Of a DNA stretch of 64,000 nucleotides, positions 1-10,937 are shown one piece after another. The DNA lies in NCBI GenBank assembly GCA_000091205.1, contig AP006501.2, one strand, 5' to 3'. The notes under the pieces were generated by a model. It saw only the letters and a program-made list of their open reading frames with translations, searched no databases and was not told the DNA's origin. The position numbers and the translations under genes are program-made. The stretch comes from Cyanidioschyzon merolae. Lineage: Eukaryota. Each line of letters starts with the position of its first letter. The first letter of the stretch is position 1.

Positions 1-1849
1 TCCATCACCTTCCCAGGGATGAAGCATTCGTCGAGAGCCAATGGTGAACTTGGATGGACCGTTTCGATACAGGGTGCCGACGAGGTCATGAGGAAGGTCG
101 GGTAAGTCCAGTACGTAGGAGTCCTCCTCGTTCATATCGCCGTGCGCTAGCTCCCAGGATCGACGATCGAAAGCACTCAGCGACTGTGTTTTACCTGGTG
201 CCGAGGTTAGCTGGCCCTGTTCACGAACCGTGTTGGTCGCTCCGCTTTCCTGGGAACTCAGATGTGTCGCACCGCCGCTGCGAGCAGGCCGAAGGCTTCT
301 TCTCTTCAGTCTGCCACATTGGAAAGTAGCGGTGGCGTTCACACTAGCGCCCTTCCAGTGCCTGAGTGCACCGTTGCCGACCACGAAGGCAGTCTTATCT
401 CCAGGATGCAAATTCATACTGCAATGATATTATACGAGTTTAATCACTGGACCAACGAGTCCTCAAACGTCGTATAGTGGCCTGCGCACGAGTCCCTTCG
501 ATGCTGTAGCGGGAACATGCGCGTGATAGAATGGACTACGAGTCAGAGGTATGCATTTGCTCGAAGGATCGATCACAGGATGCAGGGGCGATTTGTACAA
601 ACCCTTCCAGACCTAACATTTCTGTATATCATAGAACAAGCGTCACGCACGGGCATCCCGCATATGCGAAACGCGCAGCGGCGGCCTATAACCTCATTGC
701 GGGCGATGCTTGATGACCCACGATGTGCGTGTCTCGAATGGGATTTTCCCAGGAGATGCCGTCCATATCGGTTCTTGGAGGCGAGATACCTCCTCTTCAG
801 CAGACAATTCTGCATTCTACTGCCGCAGAACCGGTCTTCTCGTAGGGGATAGTTGTTCGGTGCATCCAAAGGTCCACCTAGCGCCCAGGCATGCGTAGGC
901 GATTGCTGTACCACCGTCGCGGTCGCTGACTTCAGCCAGTGCGGCTTCGCGGTGCCTTGAGAGCCCGCACTGCGTTCTATTCTCGGGCACGAGCATTGCA
1001 CCGCACTCAATGCCCGTGGACGCGCGAACGCTGCCGATAATTTTCTACTGGATTCGCGTATCGCTTAGAATACACGCTCTGATTTTTTCCATATCGCAAA
1101 CGATCGCCTCCATGAAGCAACTTTGTCGCTCACGAAGCATCCGAAAGTGACCGTTCCTAACATGCCTTCGATAATCCTGCTCAAGATCAAGTACGGCTTG
1201 AGGAAGCGAGCGGCGCGAACGCCTTTCGATGCCTCGCGCGTACGCACATGATCCCTTCCTATCTGCGCAAGATCGATGAATCTGGACAAAACTCCTCACG
1301 GACACGACGATCGAAAAAGACGTGCACACAGTCTCAAGTTTCTCGATACGCGCACGCATCTGCAGGCCATGATCACGTAATCGGAACGCTTGCACTTTCT
1401 TCACTGTGTTTCCCCTGCCCTCATGTATTCCATGCCCTGAGATCGCGTGCTTCGTCATCGCATGCCGCGCATCCCCATGAGGTATCCGGATGCTGCGCTG
1501 CTGCATTCCCCCGAGGGGGCTTTTCCTCTCCATTCGCTGCCTGATGCAGAACTAGCGTGCGTCATTGAGACTGCACCAGAACCTTGCCTTCCCCGCACGG
1601 AAACAAGTCGTCGACATATGTTATCGGTATGCAACGCGAGATGGTCTATATCGTCTTGAGCAAGAAACACCGTACATAAAGCGAGCAAATTCGAACACGA
1701 TTTCCATGATACCCAGCGACGATCGTTGAGCGAGCGCGCGGGGCGCCACACCTGTGGATCTGGTAGTAGTGTCGGTACCCGCGCTGCAGGTAACGTTTCG
1801 TGTACCCAAACTGCAGACTGAGGACCTTGTTTCCAAAGCTTTTCTCATA

Positions 1850-3607
1850 ATGTGGGTTGTACCTGGCAGTTTTAGGGCACGACGATGCGACGGTTTTGGT
1901 GTAGAATGGACCTGGTCTGTTGATCGGGCCTGTGCAACAGTTCCGTGCTCGAGCCTGAGGCGACCGCGACCACGACAGGGCGCTACGGTGCGGCGAGAGC
2001 GAAACTGGAGTCAAAAGCCGTGTGGCGTCCCGGGCAACACAGTGGTGAGAGTCTCTTGCCATATAGGGCAAAGTTCGAGTAATGACGAGGGTGGCACTGG
2101 AGAGCCTCTGGTGCACAGCAGTGGCGAACAGGCGTGGCAGCGTCGTGCGCTCTCCAGCACCGGTACAAAGGACGCGGAGCTCGACGCTAATGAGCTGGAT
2201 GACGGCCTCTGGGGTATTGTTTCTCAGCTGCCAGTCAAGCGCATTCTCATCTGGGCTGCGTTCTGCTGGCTCGTGTACCTTTGTCGCCCGTTCATGGGTG
2301 TGTTATTCGGTACGTTCGTCGTCTCGTACGTCGGGGTCTCTTTTTGCCAATGGGGCACACGTTTTCTCCAGCGGTTCGGTATCCAGGCTGCCCGCCGTGT
2401 CATTGTTGGCGTCTACTACAGCGGCATCGCTTTGTTCATCACGACGATGAGCCTGTTGACGATCCCGCGGATCATCAAAGAGGGCCAGTACTTTGTGGGC
2501 ATCATACGGAGTAGCAATCCATACGTATGGATCGCGGATACCATGCGACGAGCCCTGGGTGATGAACTCTCTGCCAAGGTGGAGGCCTTGGTGCTCTCAG
2601 AGGGTTATGCTGAGCTTGCAGACCAAGACACCGGGTCGAGTGCTGGCCAGAGCCCGTCCACAAACGGAGCCGAGACTTCCGAAAGCACAAACGAGGCTTC
2701 TCCGGGGCCGGTGCAAGTCCGCATACCGCATCGCGGCAGCGCAGCAGATGCCAAGGCGGAACGAGCCCCTGGCATCGCTGCCGGTCCGCTAGCGACCATG
2801 AATGCACCGGCAGAGTGGACAGAGGAGCGATCGAGACGACTCGGTTTGATCATCCAAAAGTCACTTTCGCGTTATGTGAATCGTTTCGCCTCCATCGTCA
2901 GCAGGATTTTGAGCAACAGCACAAAAATCATTGTGAAAGTACTGCTTTCCCTGGTGTTCTCATTCCTGATCGTCTGGGATCTGCCATCTGTGGCTGCTGG
3001 CCTGCGTTCTCTTCGCCGCTCCCGACTGCGGGCAGCGTACTTGGAACTGGCGCCGGCCATTGGTGAGTTCTGCGCCCTCCTCGGCCGTTCATTCGAAGCA
3101 CAGTCGATTATTGCGCTTGTGAACACGACGTTGACAACGATTGGCATGGGGATTCTCGGGTTACCGGGTATTGGCTTTCTCTCTCTTCTCTGCTTGATAT
3201 GCTCTTTTATTCCGCTTTTCGGGATTCTGCTCAGCACACTGCCGATGTGTGTCGTCGCGCTGACGGAATACGGGCCAATGCGTGCATTCGCCGTCGTGGT
3301 TATGGTTGCAATTGTTCACCTGATTGAGGCCTATTTCCTGAATCCACAAATCTACAGCGCTCATCTCAAGCTGCCGCCCTTGGTTGTTCTTATGGTTCTG
3401 TACATTGGCGAGCATGCAGGTGGCGTCATGGGTCTTATTCTTGCAGTGCCGCTGACGGTTTATTTGTTGCGATGGATCTATGATATTCCAGAAACGAAGG
3501 AACGTTCTGCGTACGTGAGCTCTATGCGAGCGACCAGCTCGAATGGCAGAGAAGAGCCAAGCGAAGACGTGACGATCACGCGCCAGCAGCAGCAGCAGCA
3601 GCAATAG
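1850..3607 (+). CDS. AI-2E family transporter (PerM/UPF0118-like) membrane protein with an N-terminal extension, a long hydrophilic insert and a C-terminal Q6
   Basis: The ORF track entry 1754..3607 starts with GTG. The first in-frame ATG is at 1850. The C-terminal two thirds match the AI-2E pattern of conserved Gly/Pro-rich transmembrane helices (...GLPGIGFLSLLCLICSFIPLFGILLSTLPMCVVAL...LIEAYFLNPQIYSAHLKLPPLVVLMVLYIGEHAGGVMGLILAVPL...). The roughly 120-aa N-terminal extension is compatible with an organelle transit peptide. Confidence 0.6.
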   Translation: MWVVPGSFRARRCDGFGVEWTWSVDRACATVPCSSLRRPRPRQGATVRRERNWSQKPCGVPGNTVVRVSCHIGQSSSNDEGGTGEPLVHSSGEQAWQRRALSSTGTKDAELDANELDDGLWGIVSQLPVKRILIWAAFCWLVYLCRPFMGVLFGTFVVSYVGVSFCQWGTRFLQRFGIQAARRVIVGVYYSGIALFITTMSLLTIPRIIKEGQYFVGIIRSSNPYVWIADTMRRALGDELSAKVEALVLSEGYAELADQDTGSSAGQSPSTNGAETSESTNEASPGPVQVRIPHRGSAADAKAERAPGIAAGPLATMNAPAEWTEERSRRLGLIIQKSLSRYVNRFASIVSRILSNSTKIIVKVLLSLVFSFLIVWDLPSVAAGLRSLRRSRLRAAYLELAPAIGEFCALLGRSFEAQSIIALVNTTLTTIGMGILGLPGIGFLSLLCLICSFIPLFGILLSTLPMCVVALTEYGPMRAFAVVVMVAIVHLIEAYFLNPQIYSAHLKLPPLVVLMVLYIGEHAGGVMGLILAVPLTVYLLRWIYDIPETKERSAYVSSMRATSSNGREEPSEDVTITRQQQQQQQ

Positions 3608-3786
3608 CATCAGCAATGACGACAGTAGCAATAGCTACGGTAACAATAGCTGGGGCAAGGGCGTCAGGCAGCACCTGCTGGAAATATCCAGGAGACCTCT
3701 CTCGAATCACTTCGCAACAGCAGCAGCAGTAGTAGCATTGATAACGACAGTACCAGTAGTAGTAGCAGCAGCAGCAGCAGCTATGA
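3584..3786. repeat. Imperfect CAG/CAA/TAG-type trinucleotide microsatellite tract immediately 3' of the AI-2E stop codon
   Basis: Runs of cagcagcagcagcagca, cagcagcagcagtagtagca and agcagcagcagcagcagc are seen directly. The minus-strand poly-Cys/Tyr ORF 3576..4058 is an artefact of this tract. Confidence 0.6.
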
Positions 3787-5223
3787 CTGGGGCGCGGACG
3801 TCGAAGCGCTCCTGCTCGGAGTATCCGGATATCGATCCCGCCAGTGATGCGCTTCTTTGCACCATGAGCGCGCGTGGCAACCAGCTGTGCACAAGAGAGG
3901 AAAGTGCACCCATAACGAGCGCTTGCGTGCTCAGAGGCGTGCGCTTTTCGGTGGTGAGCACAGCGTGGTCCCAAACCTGCACCGAAGCTGGGGTGCTCTC
4001 TGTGATCTGGTTTCTGCAATTTTGGGTCGGGGCAAAGCCCAGATACCCTAAAGCCCACTGGGATTAGAATGGAACACTGAGTTGCTTGCTCTGTTTTAGT
4101 CTTTCGATTTCTTTCCGGGGTCTTTTCAGATGTGGAGCTTATTTATTCGAAGCTTGGCAGTAGGAGCTTACGGATGCGCACGTCGGCATCGGATTCTTGG
4201 TCGTCTTCTCCAAATGACTAATTCGACCATTTGCTGCTTGAATTCCTTACGGCACAGGGGTAAAGATGCTCTGTGACGCCCTCGAGCAAAGCTTCGAATC
4301 ATAATCGATATTATCGCCCTTTGCGTATGTTCATGTCTGTACGCTTCTCCTTTCTTAGCGTATGGCATGCGAAAGTCGTGCATTCCTCAATTCCTCAACC
4401 TTTCTGTTTGAAGCCGACCTGTGCACACTGCAATTCGCACGCTTCCATGAACGTGGAAATTACTCGACGTCGAGCCTTGACGACCGGTTCACAAGCACAT
4501 GCCCAACGCTCACTGAACTCGACGTACGATTCTAGAATCGATTCAATTTTGGGTGGCAAATCAGCCGCGCGCTGTGGCTATCGACGAACCGACATGGAGC
4601 AACTGGTCGACACCTCTCACGGTACGTGCTGCAAGAGGCTTCCGTCTCTTCTGTTTGCACGAAAACTGGTCTCGGACATCCACTTCAGTTATCACAGCGA
4701 TCGCTTCCAGCGCAGCGTGCAGCAACGCTTGACAAGAAGCGAGCCTAGCCGGATCGAATTTTCTCGATTTGTTCTCCAAACTGGATATAACTTTCCATGC
4801 TTGCTGCATCAACGACAGCACCCGATGCCGCATATCACCCATCGAATGGAACAGAGTGCACTTGTGTGCGCACTGGAAAGAGCTCTCTCCTGGCGAATCG
4901 CCCAGCGGATGCCCGTATTCGTGGGGTACGTACGGCACTGGGTGCTACGCATCCAGACTTGGCTTGTGCTCGAGTCCGGCGTTCGAGCAGGACACAGCAG
5001 GTATCCGCTGCTGGTTACCGAGGGTACTCCAGCGCACATGCCACGCTTTTTCTGCGACAGTGAAGCTGCGAGCGCAGCCCGTGGAGCTCCCGGTACGTCG
5101 AAACGTTCGCAAAGTTTGCGAACGAGTCAGCGGTACTCACGTCTGGTGAGCGTTTCGCGAGAAACCTGCTTCGGCTCTGCGTGTCGTACCGCTTGATTCT
5201 GACGAGATCTAGTGCAGCGTACG

Positions 5224-7194
5224 ATGGAGAGTCGACCGTATCACCGTTCATTTCTTGAACAGCTTAACGCAGAACTGTTGCTTTGGATCGCAGCGTACCT
5301 GGAGCCGTCGGAGGTGGAAGCTCTCTGGAGCGCCTCCCAATCGACTGCCTCAACTCTTCAATGGAATGATCTTGAGCACTTTTGCTTTGAGACGCTCCGC
5401 CGTCGCTATGGTTCTCTCTTCGCCCGACACCTTCAGCAAGCGTACCGCCAGGAGCGGGAAAGACGGGGTCCCGGTGGCGTCCGCGGGCCCTGGAGCTGGC
5501 GGCGGGCCTTCCACTGCGTCTACCACGCTCACCGGTGGCTGTTTGGCGTGAGCTTTCGCGCCAGCGCTCCGCATACGGAGACTTCGTCCATGACGTGGTC
5601 AGCAGTTTTTCGGGAGCGACGCAGCGCTCCGTCTGAGTCATCCCCGAGTCCACCGTGGGGCCGTCTCCTGGTCCAACGCTTCGACCAACGGGCCGTCGAG
5701 GGTATCGGGAATGGTGCGCTGCTCGCTGCCGTACTACGCATGCGACCTGACAGCGCTAGCCGAGACCCAGTGTATGCGGAATGTGCGCTGATTGTGACCC
5801 CGTATCGCATTGTCTGGTTCGAAGCGACACCCCTGTCCGGCTCTGATCTGTGCCTGGACACCGAGCGGAGTCACTTGCTCACCACGCCGCTCGTGCTGAC
5901 GGCAGCGCTGAGCGACGATGAGCGACTACTGGTGCTAGGTCGTCGAGGCTGCACCCTCGAAGTGCGTGATGTCATGACCTGCAACGTTGTTGCTGAGGCC
6001 CGCCTCCCGGTGCGCATTTCGAAACGGGACGAGTACTCGTGCCTCGACGCTGCGGGCGATATGATCGCAGCAGGCACCATGGCTGGTAGGCTTTTGATTT
6101 TCGATTGCACGCAAGCTCTCCAGAAGGGTGTCCAGCGAACGGGTACCGTGCGCCTGAAACCTGTGCGAATGGAAATAAGTACAAGCGGTGAGCCGCTCTC
6201 GCAGGTGCGCCTCTGCCGAAGCGCCGAAAGCAGTCATCGTCCCGATCTCGTTGTGGTGTGCACTCAAAAGCAGTTGCGCATCTACTATATCCAACTGGGA
6301 CTTTTTATCTTCCAGCGGGATTTCGAGCGCCCCATCCGTAGCGTACACAGCGCGCGCTCTCGTACCTGCATTTACATTGCTTCGGGGAGTACGGTGGACA
6401 TTATCGAACTACCGGCCTTGGAGTATGCGGCGACACTGGGGCGTCCATCGATCATGAGCGAAGACGATCAATTGACCTGTATTGCCGTTGACGAGCACGG
6501 CAATGTTGCTGGCGGCTGGAGCAGCGGACACGTAACCTTTTGGCCGGCACGAGGACGCCTCGTTGGCATCGCGCTAACCTACCACGATCGTCACTTGGAC
6601 CTGCACGAATGGAAGCAGTCTGGGCGTGTCTGTCGGACGGATCTCTCACAGGACGTCGATGAGCTTGAAAGGAATGCCCAGTCGGCATGGTGCGGATCCC
6701 GAAGCCCCATCCGAAGCATCTACGTCGATCGTGATCGAGTGATCAGCGCCTCGAGTGGCGGCGTTATAGAGGTTTTTGCTCACCAGCAGGTAATCGAGGC
6801 ACCAGCAGTTCATTCCTTACGACACGAATCATATGCTCATGCCTGGCAGCATTGCCGCACCGCTCGTATTTCGATACCGAACCTGCACGGAGACATCACG
6901 CATCTTAGTGCCGGGGAAGGGACACTGCTAGGCGGTCTCTGTGGCGACGCAGCGAGTGCGCAGCGGTTGCCGCTCGTCTTGCTTCAGTTCTCTGCGCTGC
7001 GAGACCAGAGTAATGGTGGCGCTGCAGAGGCCGACGAGTCGGCTGACACACTCGGCTGTGCTGGAGTTGCTGGCGGAGCACCCGTGCGGTATCGCGAAAA
7101 CGGTTGGCTCCCGCCCGCAGACATCATCCAGGCGTTCTGGGTGCTGGAGTCATCTGGTCCCGACAAGCTCGCGCCCGTCATCACCCGAGACTGA
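5224..7194 (+). CDS. Hypothetical 656-aa protein with no recognisable family
   Basis: Long uninterrupted ORF. The track start at 5212 is GTG and the first ATG is at 5224 (MESRPYH...). I could not align any diagnostic catalytic motif by eye. Confidence 0.35.
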   Translation: MESRPYHRSFLEQLNAELLLWIAAYLEPSEVEALWSASQSTASTLQWNDLEHFCFETLRRRYGSLFARHLQQAYRQERERRGPGGVRGPWSWRRAFHCVYHAHRWLFGVSFRASAPHTETSSMTWSAVFRERRSAPSESSPSPPWGRLLVQRFDQRAVEGIGNGALLAAVLRMRPDSASRDPVYAECALIVTPYRIVWFEATPLSGSDLCLDTERSHLLTTPLVLTAALSDDERLLVLGRRGCTLEVRDVMTCNVVAEARLPVRISKRDEYSCLDAAGDMIAAGTMAGRLLIFDCTQALQKGVQRTGTVRLKPVRMEISTSGEPLSQVRLCRSAESSHRPDLVVVCTQKQLRIYYIQLGLFIFQRDFERPIRSVHSARSRTCIYIASGSTVDIIELPALEYAATLGRPSIMSEDDQLTCIAVDEHGNVAGGWSSGHVTFWPARGRLVGIALTYHDRHLDLHEWKQSGRVCRTDLSQDVDELERNAQSAWCGSRSPIRSIYVDRDRVISASSGGVIEVFAHQQVIEAPAVHSLRHESYAHAWQHCRTARISIPNLHGDITHLSAGEGTLLGGLCGDAASAQRLPLVLLQFSALRDQSNGGAAEADESADTLGCAGVAGGAPVRYRENGWLPPADIIQAFWVLESSGPDKLAPVITRD

Positions 7195-7199
7195 TTAGG

Positions 7200-7900
7200 A
7201 AGGCGACTAGATACCACCATGCAACGGTGAGATGCATCTGGTACAAGGCACCGCGGAACGAACGCACGAGACGTTCGACTGCGTTCGTATAGTCAGCACA
7301 ACGGAAAACGTTCTGCAACCCTCGAGGGTATACGTCTATATATGTACTCACGTGCAGACGCCTATCAGCCGTTTTTTGACCTGCCACCTGCTATCGGTTT
7401 TAGTTTATCCAGGCACACTTTGAGTCTGAGAAGCTGAATAACAAAGTTGGATGGTGTCCGCTTCTCGGGTCTGGTCTTCAGCACCGCATATCCTCTAGTA
7501 TTGGTGGTGGCGTTCAAGTCTCCGTTCAAGGACGCCAAGCATTTGTATAGCCTCTGCTGGTTGCACGGACGAGTGCAAGAATAGCTAGCGTTTGCGCCCT
7601 CTGTGCTAATAAAGTCTCGTCGGCAAACATCTTTTCTCGCGTAGCTCCGCTCTTCTCCTTCTTTTTGCCCTACATCATTCGATAGTCGACAAGAAGAGTT
7701 TTTTTGTCGAACCTGGCGATGACAGGCCTCCGGGATCCCCGACTTGCATGTCCATATCTTTCCCTTGGATTTTCATTTCATCAAATGAACGTACGTTGAA
7801 CGCGTCTGCTATAAACCTCGAAAAAGCGTTTAGTCACACGCACTTAAGGCTGGAACACATTCGAGGCGAAAGACGATAACAACCGAGCCACCAGCTTGTC
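7200..7900 (+). repeat. Dispersed non-coding repeat, family A, copy 1 (about 700 bp)
   Basis: Shares collinear similarity of about 70-80% with 22380..23080. Shared strings include cagtttatccaggcaca, gagtctgaga.gctg, and tcgacaagaagagtttttttgtcgaa versus tcgaggagaagagttttttgtcgaa. It has no conserved ORF. Boundaries are approximate. Confidence 0.5.
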
Positions 7901-8175
7901 CATAGTTGTCATTATATCAGCCGTTTCGCAGTCGGCAGCCTTGCGTACCGTTGTGCTCACCTCGGTACGCGAGTCGACCAGGACGTTCGTCGCCACGAGA
8001 GACAGTGTGGCGCGGCAGTCTCCCTCACAGCCAGTTTCTCACTCGTCAAGCAGCAGCAGCAGCAACAGCAACCTTCTCCAGTGTTCGCAACACGTGTTGC
8101 TCGCGAGCAGAAACACGCCCCGCGAAGCGACGCAGGTGACTTGAAAAGAACAAACAGCAAGCCACGAACACTTGT

Positions 8176-8691
8176 ATGGCTCGTGCTGCAGAGAAACAAC
8201 GGTTGAAAACGAACCGTAAGCGACTGCGGTTGCTATTATACTGGGGACTCGCTGGTGCTCTGCTGTACAGCGTGGCGAACGCCAGACGCTATCGACTTGT
8301 GCACTGGAGCTGGTTCCTGTTCGCGGCAGAGAACGTGTGCGTTTGGAGTCTGTACGGTGTGCTCGTTCGGGCTGCAGCACCCGAGTTCGACAAGGCAACT
8401 GGAGCCTTGGTTGATGCCGGCCTGGACCTGGGCGCGCCAGGCGTACTCGAGTACCTGAACGACACTCTGTACGTCCTTCTTCTAGCGGAGAGTCTAGCGG
8501 CGCTGTCGAACTGGTGCTGGCTTCTATTAGTCACGATACCTGGGTTCCTTATCTACCAGTTACTGGGGCACCTCGGTCGTGGACACGCGAGCGCTGTCGA
8601 GCGTGCGTCGCTGGAACCGCGTCCCGGACGCAGCAGGGAACGGCCGCTCCCGCGCGACCGAGCACCGCCCGAGTCCAGGCGCCTGCGCTGA
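8176..8691 (+). CDS. TMEM208-like small membrane protein (tentative)
   Basis: ATG at 8176. The 171-aa product has a basic N-terminus, two or three hydrophobic helices and a central ALVDAGLDLGAPGVLEYLNDTLYVLLLAESLAALSNWCWLLL-PGFLIYQL pattern. This resembles the GALMDGGMDLN...LKDVILL...W..LAPGRALYLL layout of TMEM208. The assignment rests on pattern memory only. Confidence 0.4.
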   Translation: MARAAEKQRLKTNRKRLRLLLYWGLAGALLYSVANARRYRLVHWSWFLFAAENVCVWSLYGVLVRAAAPEFDKATGALVDAGLDLGAPGVLEYLNDTLYVLLLAESLAALSNWCWLLLVTIPGFLIYQLLGHLGRGHASAVERASLEPRPGRSRERPLPRDRAPPESRRLR

Positions 8692-9548
8692 GAGCTCTCC
8701 GCTTTACGAGAGAACACAAACATGGGTCGCAGTGTTCTGCAAAGAGGAGTAAGAGTTGGCGGCGACAACGCGGAGCGTTTCCAGAAGAAACAGCGTCCAA
8801 GATCGTCTCAGAGAAAAATTTGCGAAACAGCGTCGCTTCCTCCTCCAATGAAGCGTTCCACATTCAGATGGCAGTAGACCGGTATAAAGCCGGTCATAGG
8901 GACAGTGCTTGTTTCCAGCACGCGTTCTCAGACTGGACATGTTCGATGGTGGGATTGGCGCACTGAACGCAATCGCACTGGTGCGCGTCTTCGCGGACTA
9001 TGATGTTTTTCCGCATGCAGCCTGCGTTTCGGCTAGATGTCGCATCTGAAGCGTCGAGCTTCGCGGAACGTGTATTTCATAGAGGAATGAGGAGATTTTC
9101 GCGTAGTGCGTGCATGGCGACACGTTTTTCAGCAGCATCGAGCATTCGATGCGGTATCGCTGGTGAACGGAACACACTCAATGGTGCTGGTTTCGCGATC
9201 AGCGACGCTTCCGTCTCGGTACGAGCGTCTTAAGAATAGAAACGAGTTGGATGCATGGCGTTGATCCGAAACGCTTGCGTGCAGTACCTAGTCCTCGAAG
9301 CGGAGTGCTGCTTTCGTGCCGGGCACATGCGGCGCTCACCCGGAATTGACGCACGCCAAGCTCGCGGAATCGCGGAATGCAAGTCTAAGGCAGTAACTTG
9401 CACCAAACGAAGCGAGTTGCAAGCACAGGACGCTTGCTTTTAAGTGTGTGAAAGGAGCAGCGGGTTATCCTTGCAGCTTGCAAGATTTTTGAACGCGGTG
9501 CTGCGGAGCCGCACGCGCTGGTACCCGTTGTGCACTGTTCGCGGAAGC

Positions 9549-10505
9549 TCAGGACTCGTCATCAAGTTCGAACTGTTGCAAAAGTGAATCTAGTTCAGCG
9601 CGAGTGACCGAATTCCAAATCATACCACTATTACCTTTGGTTGGTGTCGAGGCTTTCAGGGCAGCAGATGCCCGCGTCAAGCAACCCGGAGAACGTCCGA
9701 TGATTTCAGCAGAAACGACGCCGCCGTTTCGGGCATCGCGCTCGCCGGCATTCGACTCCAGCCGCGACGTCTTGTTGGCCTTGTTGGCTATGGCCTTGTC
9801 GCTAGAGGAATTCCCTTGAATGCTGCCGTTTTGCACTGCGTCGGCTTGCTTCGCTTTCTGGTTCTCGCCGCGTGCGTACGCAGGAATCGCAGGAACCTGG
9901 ATGCTGCCTAGAGCGTAGTCGCCGCTTCGAGCACCCGCTAGAGCGGCGTGACCCAGAGCCCCACTCGTGAGCATCGCCAGAAACTCTTTATCATAGAGCA
10001 TTAAACCGAGACGGCGCCCAAAATTCTTTAGCGCCCTCTTCATCGCATCTGTGCAGGCTTCTTTCTTGACTTTCTGCAAGGCGTCACCGCGGGTTCGCAT
10101 CCCATCGCAAACGCCACATCCGATATCTTCATGGAATGCACCAGTTTCCATTAGCGTGACGCGCATGACTGCAGTAGCCATTGCGTTCCAGCGACCGTCG
10201 GGACCCTGCTCACAATAGTCAACGTCGAAGGACTGGAGCGCATTGCTCCAACCACCGTATCCGAAGATCTCGTTTGCAACCTGAATCGCTTGCCACCCTT
10301 GAAGATAGTAAAGCGCCTTGCCCCCAGGTCCGACTCGCTTTGAAACCTCTCGCGCTGGGATAGCTTCATTCAACCGGCTCGTGGTTGTTGCGCTGGAGCG
10401 ATTCGCAAACGACGGGGTAACTGGCGGCGAACGCGTACCCCCGAATAACGCCGACGTCTCCCGTGAACGTTTCAAAGGTGGCGTTCTCCACGGTGACGAC
10501 TTCAT
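9549..10505 (-). CDS. RAD52: RAD52 homologous-recombination protein
   Basis: The Rad52/22 N-terminal domain is clear: ...KALYYLQGWQAIQVANEIFGYGGWSNALQSFDVDYCEQ...GRWNAMATAVMRVTLMETGAFHEDIGCGVCDGMRTRGDALQKVKKEACTDAMKRALKNFGRRLGLMLYDKEFL. The track start at 10547 is GTG. The first ATG is at 10505 (MKSSPW...). Confidence 0.8.
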   Translation of the reverse strand: MKSSPWRTPPLKRSRETSALFGGTRSPPVTPSFANRSSATTTSRLNEAIPAREVSKRVGPGGKALYYLQGWQAIQVANEIFGYGGWSNALQSFDVDYCEQGPDGRWNAMATAVMRVTLMETGAFHEDIGCGVCDGMRTRGDALQKVKKEACTDAMKRALKNFGRRLGLMLYDKEFLAMLTSGALGHAALAGARSGDYALGSIQVPAIPAYARGENQKAKQADAVQNGSIQGNSSSDKAIANKANKTSRLESNAGERDARNGGVVSAEIIGRSPGCLTRASAALKASTPTKGNSGMIWNSVTRAELDSLLQQFELDDES

Positions 10506-10670
10506 AACGTTTGCACTCACGCGTTGAGCATCGGGAAGTGAAGGCACAGCTGGAGCAGTCGCACTGGAAGAGGTCTCACAGTGCGGAGAGACGACGCGGG
10601 AACTGCCTCATACACGCTGAACACACAGGCGGTGGCGATTTGAATATGCGTGTTGACGCGCGTCGACAGC

Positions 10671-10937
10671 GGAGCGTTCATGCGTGCAGGTCGGCAGCAG
10701 CGCGTACTGCGTCCTGCTCGGGGTATGCTGTATTCAGCGTGTGTGAAACGACTGGATGCACCGGGCTCGTGCTTCGTAGTGAACGCTGGAGCTGGACTGG
10801 ACTACCGCGGAGCGTTCATGCGTGCAGGTAGGCAGCAGCGCGTACTGCGTCCTGCTCGGGGTATGCTGTATTCAGCGTGTGTGAAACGACTGGATGCACC
10901 GGGCTCGTGTTTCGTAGTGAACGCTGGAGCTGGACGG
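10671..10937. repeat. Tandem duplication, 2 x about 138 bp with a truncated second unit, in the RAD52/translin divergent intergenic region
   Basis: The unit starts ggagcgttcatgcgtgcagg(t/c)(c/a)ggcagcagcgcgtactgcgtcctgctcggggtatgctgtattcagcgtgtgtgaaacgactggatgcaccgggctcgtg... and is repeated almost exactly at 10671 and 10809. It yields the internally repeated ORF 10650..11012. Confidence 0.8.

Noticed and set aside
3576-4058. Minus-strand ORF encoding CCCCCYYYWYCRYQCYYCCCCC
   Set aside because: It is the reverse complement of the CAG/TAG microsatellite tract, a composition artefact.
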